Below are positions 9,778 to 24,061 of a DNA stretch of 64,000 nucleotides, one piece after another. The translations under genes and the position numbers were made by a program. The stretch covers positions 72,663 to 136,662 of the forward strand of contig UQNF01000001.1 of NCBI GenBank assembly GCA_900542285.1, given 5' to 3'. Under the pieces are notes generated by a model, which worked only from the letters and a program-made list of their open reading frames with translations, did not search any database and had not been told where the DNA came from. Source of the stretch: an uncultured Clostridium sp. GTDB taxonomy: Bacteria; Bacillota; Clostridia; Christensenellales; CAG-138. Position 1 is the stretch's first letter; each line of letters starts with the position of its first letter.

Positions 9778-10512
9778 TCAGACGGTAAATCCGCCGTCGA
9801 TCGTCAATACTTGTCCGGTCATAAATGAAGACGCATCGGACGCAAGGAATCGCACGGCATCAGCAACATCCTCGGGTGTGCCCAGTCTTCCAAGCGGCGT
9901 TTCTTCCTTTAGTATGTCTATCGTGTCCGCGCCGAGCTTAAGTGTCATATCGGTTGCTATGCACCCGGGCGCCACGCAGTTGACCCTTATGCCCGACGGA
10001 GCAAGCTCGGCAGCCAGCGACCTGGTGAGTCCCACTATCGCCGCCTTGCTGCAGGCATATGCCACCTCACATGAAGCACCCCGAATTCCCCAAATGGAGG
10101 AAACATTGATAATGCTGCCGTGCTTTCTTGCAAGCATTCCCGGAAGCGTGGAGAGGATAACATTGCGTGCCCCATTCAGGTTAACATTCATTATGCGCTC
10201 CCATGTTTCATCATCGGTATCCTGAAACAGTCCCGTAAATGCCGTTCCGGCGTTGTTTACTACAAGTTCGATCCTTCCAAGCCTTGATTCTGCAAAATCG
10301 AGCATTGCATTGACCTGTTCCCTGTCGGATACATCTGCGCAGAAGCTCGCAGCGAGGCACCCCAGATCTGTCAGTTCGTTTTCAAGAGCGATGGCACAGT
10401 CTTTGTTGCTGTAATAATTTATTAGAACGCTCCAGCCGTCCAGTGCCAAGCCTCTTGCAATGCTCTTTCCGATCCCTCCGGACGCGCCGGTAACTATGGC
10501 GGCGTTTTTCAT
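9778..10512 (-). CDS. Short-chain dehydrogenase/reductase (FabG-like)
   Basis: TGASGGIGKSIA Rossmann motif, NNAG, and catalytic S...YACSKAA (YxxxK). Confidence 0.8.
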   Translation of the reverse strand: MKNAAIVTGASGGIGKSIARGLALDGWSVLINYYSNKDCAIALENELTDLGCLAASFCADVSDREQVNAMLDFAESRLGRIELVVNNAGTAFTGLFQDTDDETWERIMNVNLNGARNVILSTLPGMLARKHGSIINVSSIWGIRGASCEVAYACSKAAIVGLTRSLAAELAPSGIRVNCVAPGCIATDMTLKLGADTIDILKEETPLGRLGTPEDVADAVRFLASDASSFMTGQVLTIDGGFTV

Positions 10513-10654
10513 AATTCAACCTCCGTTTGTTCTCTATTGATTATATCTGCAAGCTCCGCTAATTGCAAGCATCAGTTGTTCGTCAGTGTTAATGCGGCTC
10601 AAGAATAATATCATTTCGGCGTGTGAAAATAACCATGAATACAGTAATGGGGTA

Positions 10655-10683
10655 TTGAGTTTTTGGGGCTTTTCTGTTAGAAT
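10655..10683 (+). promoter_or_regulatory. Candidate promoter of the atp operon
   Basis: TTGAGT (10655-10660), 17 nt, TGtTAGAAT (-10 at 10678-10683). Confidence 0.45.
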
Positions 10684-10737
10684 AATACGGTGTAAGTTGT
10701 GCGGTGTCGTATCACTACGCACATGAAAGGATGGATC

Positions 10738-11244
10738 ATGAAGAAGCTTGATAAAACTGTCGTAAGAGAAACGCTCTACATTGCATGCTTCGTCCTCATG
10801 CTCAGCGTAATAATGCAGCTTGTTTTCGTCCTTTTTGGGCGATGGGACTATACTGTGCTGCTGGGCAACCTGCTAAGCGGCGGTATTGCAATCATTAACT
10901 ACCTTCTGATTGGAGTTATGGTTCAGAATGCCATCGGCAAGGAAGAAAAGGAGATCAAGAACAGCGTACGCATCTCGCATATGCTCCGTATGCTCATGAT
11001 CGCTGCAGGGCTTATTCTCGGGGTCGTTCTCCCCTGTTTCAACATCATTGCTTCCATCGTTCCTTACATCTTCCCCAGGATAGCAATTTTGTTCAGGCCG
11101 CTGTTTGACAAAAAGCTTGGAGATACTTACGGTCCGGAGGAAGCTAAGTCCACGGATGAATCGACCGAATCCATTTCCGATGGGCAATACTATGAACAGA
11201 AGATAAGCAAAAATGACAAAGATGGTTTCGAAAAAAAGTTCTAA
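10738..11244 (+). CDS. atpI: Small membrane protein at the head of the atp operon (AtpI-like)
   Basis: The ATG at 10738 follows GAAAGGATGG. There are 3-4 hydrophobic helices, the gene sits immediately before atpB, and it has a hydrophilic C-terminal tail. Assignment rests on position and topology only. Confidence 0.5.
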   Translation: MKKLDKTVVRETLYIACFVLMLSVIMQLVFVLFGRWDYTVLLGNLLSGGIAIINYLLIGVMVQNAIGKEEKEIKNSVRISHMLRMLMIAAGLILGVVLPCFNIIASIVPYIFPRIAILFRPLFDKKLGDTYGPEEAKSTDESTESISDGQYYEQKISKNDKDGFEKKF

Positions 11245-12148
11245 GTTCATAATCATTGATGTGCTTTTGATACTGAGCATGATCCTGCCTATCGCAGCAG
11301 CTATTGTGCTGGATGTCATGACGGCCCCGGCATCGGAAGGAATAGTCATTGCAGGAGCGAGGATCTATTTCACCATTCCAATGCCGCTTCAGGATCTTCC
11401 CATTACGGAAACCCAGGTAAACTCATTTGCCGTGGTTTTGACAGTGTTCTTCCTCTGCCTATTCATGACGCACGGAATCAAGGAACGACCTGACAGCATA
11501 CGTCAGCATCTTGCCGAGTACATCGTCGAAAAGACCGAAGAGCTTGTCCATGACAATATGGGCGATTACTTCATGGGCTTTGCTCCGTTTATCTGCGCTA
11601 TCATGGGCATTTCTGTCTTTTCAAGCCTTATGTCCCTTGTCGGCCTGTTTCCGCCGACATCCGATATAAATGTAACCGCCGGCTGGGCAATACTTGTATT
11701 CATCCTTATCACGCATTATAAGCTCAAGTGCGGCCCGGTCTACTATCTCAAGGGATTTTTTGAGCCTATACCGCTCTTTGCTCCGCTTAACGTTATCGGC
11801 GAGATCGCGACCCCGGTTTCCATGGCTTTCCGTCATTACGGCAACGTGTTGTCCGGCTCCGTCATTTCCGTGCTGATAGCGGCGGCGCTTCAGGGGCTGT
11901 CACAAAAGCTTCTGGGTTGGCTTCCCGGAGTTCTCGGGCAGTTTCCGCTGTTCCAAATCGGTTTGCCCGCCGTGCTCAGCATCTACTTTGATGTGTTCAG
12001 CGGATGTTTGCAGGCATTTATCTTTGCGACGCTCACCATGCTTTACATCTCCAACGGCTTCCCTCAGGAGGATTACATAGCAATGCGGCGCCGCAAGGAC
12101 GCAAAGCGCAGGGCAAGGGCGGAAGCCCGTGCCGCTGCTGCAAAATAA
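11213..12148 (+). CDS. atpB: F0 ATP synthase subunit a
   Basis: Polytopic membrane protein with the conserved Arg context AFRHYGNVLSG; lies between the atpI-like gene and atpE. The start could be a downstream Met. Confidence 0.9.
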   Translation: MTKMVSKKSSKFIIIDVLLILSMILPIAAAIVLDVMTAPASEGIVIAGARIYFTIPMPLQDLPITETQVNSFAVVLTVFFLCLFMTHGIKERPDSIRQHLAEYIVEKTEELVHDNMGDYFMGFAPFICAIMGISVFSSLMSLVGLFPPTSDINVTAGWAILVFILITHYKLKCGPVYYLKGFFEPIPLFAPLNVIGEIATPVSMAFRHYGNVLSGSVISVLIAAALQGLSQKLLGWLPGVLGQFPLFQIGLPAVLSIYFDVFSGCLQAFIFATLTMLYISNGFPQEDYIAMRRRKDAKRRARAEARAAAAK

Positions 12149-12475
<327 letters not shown>

Positions 12476-12504
12476 TACAGTAATCAGATTACAGGAAGCA
12501 CAGT

Positions 12505-13036
12505 ATGTTAGTACCTGAGGTACAAAATCTGGATATCATATCGGTGAATATCTGGCAGATATTGATCTCGCTTATCAATCTTCTGCTGTTATTCCTGATA
12601 ATCAAGAAATTCCTTTATAAGCCGGTAAAAAAGTTTATTGCTCAGCGCAAAGCTTCCGTTGACTCGCAGTATGCCGAGGCAGAGCTTGCCAAACAGCAGG
12701 CGGAAGAATCCAGGCTCGCTTGGGAGAAAAGGCTTGAGGGCGCTCAGGGCGAAGCGGATGCGATTATCGACAGCGCAAGATCGGAAGCCAAGCAGAGAGC
12801 CGGCGATATCATTGCCGCTGCAGACGATAAAGCAGCCGGCATCATGCGCCGTGCCGAAGCTGACGCTCAGCTCGAGGTCAAGAAGGCTCGCGCTTCCATC
12901 AAGGACGAGATCGTTGACGTTTCAACTCAGCTTGCCGAAAAGATGCTTGGCCGCGAGATCAACGCTGCCGATCACAGGGAGCTTATCGACTCGTTCCTCG
13001 ATGGCATTGATGACGCTTCCGGCATAGGAGGCAGCG

Positions 13037-13053
<17 letters not shown>
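12505..13053 (+). CDS. atpF: F0 ATP synthase subunit b
   Basis: One N-terminal TM (ILISLINLLLLFLII) followed by a long Ala/Glu/Lys/Arg-rich helix; position in the operon. Confidence 0.85.
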
Positions 13054-15051
<1,998 letters not shown>

Positions 15052-15068
15052 TAAGAAAGGCAGCGTAA

Positions 15069-17311
<2,243 letters not shown>

Positions 17312-17315
17312 TAAG

Positions 17316-17588
17316 ATGAAAGAGTTCAACCTTAGAATTTCAACACCCGAAGGCGATGTGTTTAATGGTTCGGCTATATTTCTCAGCCTGCGCGGCGCAG
17401 AGGGCGACCTTGCGGTCATGGCAGGCCACGTCCCGTTCATTACCACAGTCAAGGCCGGGAACTGCAAGGTCGAAACGCCGAACGAGGCCGATAGCTTTTC
17501 CGGAACAGTTCCCGGAGGACTTCTGACCGTTGATCACGATCAGGTTACCCTTATTTGCGGAAGCTTTTCCGAAGAAGAGTCTAATTGA
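17316..17588 (+). CDS. atpC: F1 ATP synthase subunit epsilon, short form (beta-sandwich domain only)
   Basis: 90 aa. FNLRISTPEGDVFNG...LSLRGAEGDLAVMAGHVPFIT matches the epsilon N-terminal domain. It is the last gene of the atp operon. Confidence 0.85.
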   Translation: MKEFNLRISTPEGDVFNGSAIFLSLRGAEGDLAVMAGHVPFITTVKAGNCKVETPNEADSFSGTVPGGLLTVDHDQVTLICGSFSEEESN

Positions 17589-17705
17589 TTGCGTACTTTT
17601 CCTGCTCTTCTCCCAATGGAGTACTCGGCGATTGGCACATTGCTGATCGGGAATGCTGCACACCGTTTCATATATTTAGTTTGCTGTTAGTGTGAGGTGA
17701 AGATA

Positions 17706-18413
17706 ATGATCCCCAAAGTCATCCATTACTGTTGGTTTGGCCGCAGAGAAAAGCCAAAGCTTGCAAAAAAGTGCATTGCCAGCTGGAAAAAGTATTGCCC
17801 CGACTACGAGATAGTCGAATGGAATGAGGATAACTTTGATATAAGCGCTAACGGCTATACGCAGAAGTGCTATAATGAGAAAAGTTTCGCTTTTCTTAGC
17901 GATTATGTTCGTTTGATGGTCATAGCCGAACAAGGCGGCATTTACTTTGATACGGATGTTGAGCTAATTCGTCCTATTGACGGATTACTGACAAATCCGG
18001 CATTTTTTGGCTTTGAGGATTCAGAGCATGTTAATACCGGACTTGGCTTTGGCGCTGAGCCCGGTAACCCTGCGGTACAAGCCATGCTGCGGGAATACGA
18101 TGTATTATTTCAAGGGGATATACCGGCCATTGGCTGCCCCATACTAAATACCGCGGCATTGGTTAAGATGGGACTATGTCTCAATGGAGAAAAGCAGGAT
18201 CTGGGCGTTGCCATTGTCTATCCGGCTGACTTCTTTAATCCCTATGACGACCCCACGGGTCGGCTCAGCAAAACAAATAACACCATTTCTATTCACTGGT
18301 ACTCCAAAAGCTGGATGAGTAAGTATTCAATCCTGCGCAGTAAGCTGACGAAACCCCTTCACAGATTGCTTGGCAAGGATTTTTTTCGTAAAGGAAAAAG
18401 GAATTGTCGATGA
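17706..18413 (+). CDS. Glycosyltransferase with DXD sugar-binding region (GT32/OCH1-like)
   Basis: MIPKVIHYCWFG...LSDYVRLMVIAEQGGIYFDTDVE. The ATG at 17706 follows GAGGTGAAG. Confidence 0.7.
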   Translation: MIPKVIHYCWFGRREKPKLAKKCIASWKKYCPDYEIVEWNEDNFDISANGYTQKCYNEKSFAFLSDYVRLMVIAEQGGIYFDTDVELIRPIDGLLTNPAFFGFEDSEHVNTGLGFGAEPGNPAVQAMLREYDVLFQGDIPAIGCPILNTAALVKMGLCLNGEKQDLGVAIVYPADFFNPYDDPTGRLSKTNNTISIHWYSKSWMSKYSILRSKLTKPLHRLLGKDFFRKGKRNCR

Positions 18414-18964
18414 AGCCGTACCTATTGGTTTTATACAATCGAATTCGTTTTGGATTGCGAAAACTATTTCGCTGTAACGGCTTCATCTCGGCATCGGTTC
18501 AGCTTTTGGGCCGCAATACACGGCTGTCGCTTTCTAAGACAAGCCATGTCGCATTCGGATCGCATCTTGTCAGCGACGGCAGGCTGGTGATCGTTGTGGG
18601 GCCAAACGCCTGCTTAACCGTCGGTGAACGAACTTATTTCAATGAGGGATCGATGATCAGCTGCCTCGAAGCAGTTTCTATTGGCCATGGCTGCCGATTC
18701 GGTCCTAATGTCAAGATTTTTGATAACGATCATCGGTTCTCTGCGAAGCACGGAGTATCTCAGGAGCACATTACTGCACCCGTGACTATCGGAGCTCATT
18801 GCTGGCTTGGCGCAAATGTTACTATTCTCAGAGGAACGCAAATTGGCGACAACTGCGTTATCGGTGCCGGTTGTGTGGTAAAAGGCAGTATTCCTGCCGG
18901 CTCTTTGGTAACGCAGTCGCGCGAACTGAATATTCGCCCAATTCGTGACGAGGAGGAAGCATGA
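18410..18964 (+). CDS. Hexapeptide-repeat (LbH) acyl/acetyltransferase
   Basis: IGAHCWLGANVTILRGTQIGDNCVIGAGCVVKGSIP repeats. I preferred the ATG at 18410 over the TTG at 18404. Confidence 0.75.
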   Translation: MKPYLLVLYNRIRFGLRKLFRCNGFISASVQLLGRNTRLSLSKTSHVAFGSHLVSDGRLVIVVGPNACLTVGERTYFNEGSMISCLEAVSIGHGCRFGPNVKIFDNDHRFSAKHGVSQEHITAPVTIGAHCWLGANVTILRGTQIGDNCVIGAGCVVKGSIPAGSLVTQSRELNIRPIRDEEEA

Positions 18965-20154
18965 AGAAAAAGATACTGTTCATCATGCCCTCCATGTTTA
19001 TCGGCGGTGCGGAAAGAAGTCTGCTGGGTATTTTTGAGGCGATCGATTATTCTCAATACGATGTCTCCTTATTTCTGTACAGGCATGAAGGAGAGTTCCT
19101 CTCGTATATTCCCAAGCAGATAAATCTACTGCCTCCGATGCCGGAGTATGGAACATTCGATGTTCCTATCCGTTCTTTGCTGTTTACTAAGAGAAGGAGA
19201 TTCGGCGCTGCAAGACTGCTGTCAAAGATAGCGCTGAAGCTGCACTGCCTGCTTTCCGGAGAAAAGAACGGTATCTGGATGTCAATGCAGTACACATCAC
19301 GATATCTGCTTCCGCTCCTGCCCGAGATCCCCGGCAAATACGATTTGGGCGTCATGTTCCTTGGGGTCGCCGATACATTGATCCATAGGGTATCGGCTGA
19401 GAAAAAGGTAGCTTGGTGTCATACGGATTATGACACGCTCTATCCTAACAGGAAAATGGATCGCAGCACCTATGCGGCTTTGGATCGTGTCGTTTTTGTA
19501 TCGGATTCCTGCCGTGAGAAGGTCTTGCGCTACTATCCCGAGCTGAAAGACGGGACGCAGGTCATCGAAAACATACTTGGGGAAAGACTGCTTAAAGAGC
19601 AGGCAGAAGCAGCAATTGATGACATGCCCCATCAAGAGGATGGCTATGTGCTGCTTTCGATAGGAAGATTCTCCGCTGCCAAAAATTTTGATAATGTGCC
19701 AGATATTTGCAGGCGGATTCAAATAAAGGGTCTCAATGTGAAGTGGTACCTAATAGGATATGGTGGCGATGAGGATTTGATTCGAAGTCGGATCAAAGAA
19801 GCAGGCATGGATGAGACCGTAATACTGCTCGGTAAACGCGAAAACCCTTATCCCTATATCAAAGCCTGCGATCTCTATGTTCAGCCCAGCAGGTTCGAAG
19901 GAAAGTGCGTTACCGTCCGTGAAGCTCAGATGCTTGGCAAGCCCGTCGTCATCACCCGCTATGCCACTTCTGCGGATCAGCTTGAAGAAGGCGTAGACGG
20001 CGTGATCGTGCCCATGGATAATGAAGGGTGCGCCGAAGGGATCGCCTCCCTGCTGCGCGACCCCGAGCGAATGGAACGGTTGGTGCATGCATGCAGGCAA
20101 AGAGATTATTCCAACCGGGAAGAGATAGAAAAACTGGAGCAGATTGTGGGGTGA
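18961..20154 (+). CDS. Glycosyltransferase family 4 (GT-B fold)
   Basis: N-terminal ILFIMPSMFIGGAERSLL and the C-terminal E-x7-E region QPSRFEGKCVTVREAQMLGKPVV. Confidence 0.8.
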   Translation: MKKKILFIMPSMFIGGAERSLLGIFEAIDYSQYDVSLFLYRHEGEFLSYIPKQINLLPPMPEYGTFDVPIRSLLFTKRRRFGAARLLSKIALKLHCLLSGEKNGIWMSMQYTSRYLLPLLPEIPGKYDLGVMFLGVADTLIHRVSAEKKVAWCHTDYDTLYPNRKMDRSTYAALDRVVFVSDSCREKVLRYYPELKDGTQVIENILGERLLKEQAEAAIDDMPHQEDGYVLLSIGRFSAAKNFDNVPDICRRIQIKGLNVKWYLIGYGGDEDLIRSRIKEAGMDETVILLGKRENPYPYIKACDLYVQPSRFEGKCVTVREAQMLGKPVVITRYATSADQLEEGVDGVIVPMDNEGCAEGIASLLRDPERMERLVHACRQRDYSNREEIEKLEQIVG

Positions 20155-20158
20155 TATT

Positions 20159-21172
20159 GTGCCGAGTGTCAGCGTCATTGTTCCCGTGTTTAACGGAGCA
20201 GAGTTCCTCCGTCCTTGCATAGATAGCATCTTGGCCCAAACATTTAGAGATTTGGAAATCATCCTTGTCGATGATGGCTCAACGGATGATAGTCCATTGA
20301 TCTGTGATAGTTATGCCTCTCAGGATAAGCGAGTCATATCCATCCACCAAATAAATGCAGGTGCTGCTGCCGCAAGAAACCATGGTTTAGCCGTCGCATC
20401 CGGAAAATACGTCACATTTGTTGACTGTGATGACTGGATTGACAATGATATGTACGAGCACATGGTCATTACAGCAGAGACTAAGAAATGCGATCTGGTG
20501 ATATGTGACTGCATTAAGGAGTTTGGCACAGACAGACAGCTATACACTCATGATTTCCCGGGTGGCTATTTCGATCGCAATACGATGGTGCTTCGATACT
20601 TTCCACAGCTCTTAATGCCTGATACGATGGAGTATCCGATCACTATATCCAATTGTCTGCTGTTAATCTGTCGAAGCGTAATCATAGAAAACAATCTTTC
20701 ATTTCCTGATGGGATGCGTTTCTCTGAGGACTTGCTTTTTGGTTCTGAAGTCGGCTATTTCTCACAAAGCATGACTTACCTGAAGGGTTATGCTCCGTAC
20801 CATTACCGGCAAAACCCGCATTCGGTCACTCGAACATCGTTCAGCGATAAGTGGCCTCTGCTTCTGGAACTTTATCGCCGTATCAAGCAGAGTTTCGAAC
20901 AAAAGAGAGACTTTGATTTTGCGCCCCAGATCCATCGGTGTATGCTGTTTTTCGTTTACATGTCAATGAATCATCGGCTTACCGCCAAGGTCTCGATTGC
21001 GCAGTTTTTCCGTGATGCAAGCGTTGTGCTTGATAATGTCGAGGTGCGACAAGCTTTGAAGTCCATCCGTGTTTGTCGGCTACAGATTTCTTGGAAGCTG
21101 AAAGCAATTACTTTAATATACAAGATAAAGCTGCTTCGCCCAGCTTTGCTCTTGTTAAGGAACCGGTGCTGA
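20159..21172 (+). CDS. Glycosyltransferase family 2
   Basis: VSVIVPVFNGAEFL, VDDGSTDDS and the DxD-type FVDCDDW. The GTG at 20159 lies just after the upstream stop; the ORF-track TTG at 20144 is the alternative start. Confidence 0.85.
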   Translation: MPSVSVIVPVFNGAEFLRPCIDSILAQTFRDLEIILVDDGSTDDSPLICDSYASQDKRVISIHQINAGAAAARNHGLAVASGKYVTFVDCDDWIDNDMYEHMVITAETKKCDLVICDCIKEFGTDRQLYTHDFPGGYFDRNTMVLRYFPQLLMPDTMEYPITISNCLLLICRSVIIENNLSFPDGMRFSEDLLFGSEVGYFSQSMTYLKGYAPYHYRQNPHSVTRTSFSDKWPLLLELYRRIKQSFEQKRDFDFAPQIHRCMLFFVYMSMNHRLTAKVSIAQFFRDASVVLDNVEVRQALKSIRVCRLQISWKLKAITLIYKIKLLRPALLLLRNRC

Positions 21173-21176
21173 TTTC

Positions 21177-22334
21177 ATGAAGGAAAAGATTCTTTTCATT
21201 AATGGGCATTTGAATACAGGCGGAGTTGAAAAGTCTCTTCTTGACATTTTGCAGCATATTGACTATAACAAGTATGATGTTGACTTATTGCTGCTGGAGG
21301 AACTGGGAGACTATGCTTCTGAGCTTCCTAAAAATGTTCGGGTAAATCTTCGCAGTTTGAAAAACACTTACGGCACAGCTATTAGAAGTCTGCTTCAATG
21401 TATCCATAAACGAGATTGGTTTTGCTTCCGGATGCGCCTGATTTTTATTCTGATGAAGTTTTTTGGACAAGAACGGATTCGTCTTGCGCGAAAGCTGCTT
21501 ACCGACAATCGGGATTACGATTGCGTGATTGGCTTCCGATCCGGAATATGTACACAGATCGCTGCTTTTGCCGTCAATGCTGATAAACGGATCACATGGT
21601 GGCATCACGGTGAGATCAATGTGACACATGACAGCTATTTGGGGGCTGTCGATTTATGCGATAAGATTGCAGTTGTTTCCAACGCCTGCCGCTCTATGCT
21701 GACATCGGAGTTTCCGTCATTTACAGCCAAGATGGTAATCATACCAAACATGGTTGATATTGATGCTATAAAGAACAAAGCAGCAGCATATATGCCCTAT
21801 CAAAAGCATGTGCTGAATATTGTGACTGTCAGCAGACTCTCACCAGAAAAGCACATTGAAAACGCTATCTATGCTGCAAAGCAGTTAAAGGAGTCCGGTA
21901 TCGCATTTTTCTGGCATCTGATAGGCAGCGGCAATGCAAAAACTGATCTTTTCAAGACTGCTAATGAAGCCGGAGTAACTGATTGCTTCATATTCGAAGG
22001 GAATCAACCAAATCCGTATCCGTATTTGAAACATGCGGACTTGTTCGTACATCCTTCCTATGTTGAATCTCAAGGCCTTGTTGTCCTCGAGGCAATGGCG
22101 CTCGGCATCCCTTGTGTGGTGACCAGGTCCCTTGGCCCCTGCGAATACATTGTTGACGGCGTTAACGGGGTATTAACAGAGCAGAGCCCGGAGTCTCTTG
22201 CGGAAAAAGTACTGGATATCCTTACCGACCGAGTCCTGTACGAACGAATTAAAGCAAATACGCGCTGTCCGGAGCAGTTCGCGCCGGAGAATGTAATGCA
22301 AAAAATCGAATTGCTCTTGGAGGATAAGCAATGA
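21177..22334 (+). CDS. Glycosyltransferase family 4 (GT-B fold)
   Basis: ILFINGHLNTGGVEKSLL at the N-terminus and HPSYVESQGLVVLEAMALGIPCV (E-x7-E). Confidence 0.85.
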   Translation: MKEKILFINGHLNTGGVEKSLLDILQHIDYNKYDVDLLLLEELGDYASELPKNVRVNLRSLKNTYGTAIRSLLQCIHKRDWFCFRMRLIFILMKFFGQERIRLARKLLTDNRDYDCVIGFRSGICTQIAAFAVNADKRITWWHHGEINVTHDSYLGAVDLCDKIAVVSNACRSMLTSEFPSFTAKMVIIPNMVDIDAIKNKAAAYMPYQKHVLNIVTVSRLSPEKHIENAIYAAKQLKESGIAFFWHLIGSGNAKTDLFKTANEAGVTDCFIFEGNQPNPYPYLKHADLFVHPSYVESQGLVVLEAMALGIPCVVTRSLGPCEYIVDGVNGVLTEQSPESLAEKVLDILTDRVLYERIKANTRCPEQFAPENVMQKIELLLEDKQ

Positions 22335-22882
22335 AAGAAAGCTCTATGTTATATAGAATACTGGTCAAGCTTGGGATAAAAAAGCCAATCGATTACAATA
22401 GTATTGAGTATTTGCGTTCCCGTGGCGTTCAGATCGGAGATAATGTACATATTCTCAACTCGCTTATTGATTTCGACCACGGCTTTCTTGTTTCTATCGG
22501 TAACAATGTCACGCTGACAGGGGTAAGAATATTGGCACATGACGCCAGTACTCAAATTCCGCTCGGGGTAAGTAAGGTTGGCCGCGTTACCATTGGCGAT
22601 GAAGTATTCATTGGCCAAGGAGCAATAGTACTTCCCAACACTCATATCGGCAGTCGGGTTGTTATTGGCGCTGGAGCAGTCGTTTCTCGTGATATTCCAG
22701 ACAACTCAGTTGCAGTCGGTAACCCCATCCAGATTATTGGAACCTATGATGATTTCGTTGAGAGGCATAGAAAACAGATGCTTGAGCGTCCGGTGTATCA
22801 TACTCTATGGTCGGAAAAAACTCTGGATGAGAAGGACCGGATGCGAAATGAACTGGTTGACGGAATCGGATATGACCCATAA
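22331..22882 (+). CDS. Hexapeptide-repeat O-acetyltransferase
   Basis: VTIGDEVFIGQGAIVLPNTHIGSRVVIGAGAVVSRDIP. The start overlaps the upstream stop (ATGA). Confidence 0.8.
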   Translation: MKESSMLYRILVKLGIKKPIDYNSIEYLRSRGVQIGDNVHILNSLIDFDHGFLVSIGNNVTLTGVRILAHDASTQIPLGVSKVGRVTIGDEVFIGQGAIVLPNTHIGSRVVIGAGAVVSRDIPDNSVAVGNPIQIIGTYDDFVERHRKQMLERPVYHTLWSEKTLDEKDRMRNELVDGIGYDP

Positions 22883-22894
22883 GGAGAAGAAATT

Positions 22895-24061
22895 ATGCGT
22901 GTTTTACTTTATGGTAACGGAAGCTGTGGGAACCACGGTTGCGAAGCGATTTATCGTGGAACAATCAACCTATTAGGAAGGGAAAATCAGTACATCTTAT
23001 ATTCTTCAAATATTGAAGACGATAAGTGTAATGGTCTTGATCTGGTTGCATCATTGATGCCTGCAAGGCAGAGGCCGATAAGAGATCTTCGCTTTTTGCG
23101 TGCATATTTAAGGTTGATGGCTAAGGGTGATTACTTGGAATTAGATGGATTAAGCTATCTTCCGGGAATCAAGCAGGCGAAGAAGAATTCCGACATCGCT
23201 CTCTCTGTCGGGGGAGATAATTATTGTTACGATGGGACTGAAATATATGGTTGGCTGAACCGTTCCTATCATAATCACGGGATGAAGACAGTCCTTTGGG
23301 GATGCTCTATCGAACCCGACATTGCTGCAAGAAATAACATTGCAGAAGATCTCTCTCTGTATAACCTTATTGTTGCAAGGGAAAGTATTACCTTTGCGGC
23401 TGTTAACTGTATTCAGAAAAACACAATTTTAGCGCCCGATCCCGCTTTTTTTATGGAACTCAAAGAGATAAATCTAGACGAGCGAGTTATGAGCGGCAAT
23501 GTGATCGGTATAAATGCCAGCCCTCACATTCTAAAGTGTGAATCCTCGCCCGGCATGGCCTATGAAAACTATAGGCAACTGGTTAAGTATATCCTCTCTG
23601 AGACCGATGCTTATGTGGCCCTTATCCCACATGTTGTTTGGGATTCTAATGATGACCGTAAAGTATTGCGTCAATTATATGATGATTTTCGACAAGATCC
23701 CAGGCTGATCCCTGTGGAAGACCATACAGCCCCCGAGCTGAAATACATTATCTCCAAATGCGCTTTCTTCGTTGGAGCGCGTACTCATGCCACGATTGCA
23801 GCATACTCCTCCTGCGTGCCAACGCTTGTTGTTGGCTATTCAGTTAAAGCTCGAGGGATTGCAAGAGATCTGTTTGGTACAGAAGATCAATTTGTTCTTC
23901 CTGTGCAGTCATTGAACGAACCGGGGCAACTTTCACGAGCATTTCAAGAGCTATATGCTAAGCGTGCAGCGATTAATGAGCATCTCCAAATGGTTTTGCC
24001 TGATTACTGCGCTAAAGCTGATGCTGCGATTCGGGCTATTAAGGAATTGGTAATACGGTGA
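22895..24061 (+). CDS. Polysaccharide pyruvyl transferase family protein
   Basis: 388 aa with N-terminal LLYGNGSCGNHGCEAIYRG and the SVGGDNY...RESIT...ARTHATIAA pattern typical of PS_pyruv_trans proteins. Called by eye; no HMM was run. Confidence 0.75.
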   Translation: MRVLLYGNGSCGNHGCEAIYRGTINLLGRENQYILYSSNIEDDKCNGLDLVASLMPARQRPIRDLRFLRAYLRLMAKGDYLELDGLSYLPGIKQAKKNSDIALSVGGDNYCYDGTEIYGWLNRSYHNHGMKTVLWGCSIEPDIAARNNIAEDLSLYNLIVARESITFAAVNCIQKNTILAPDPAFFMELKEINLDERVMSGNVIGINASPHILKCESSPGMAYENYRQLVKYILSETDAYVALIPHVVWDSNDDRKVLRQLYDDFRQDPRLIPVEDHTAPELKYIISKCAFFVGARTHATIAAYSSCVPTLVVGYSVKARGIARDLFGTEDQFVLPVQSLNEPGQLSRAFQELYAKRAAINEHLQMVLPDYCAKADAAIRAIKELVIR

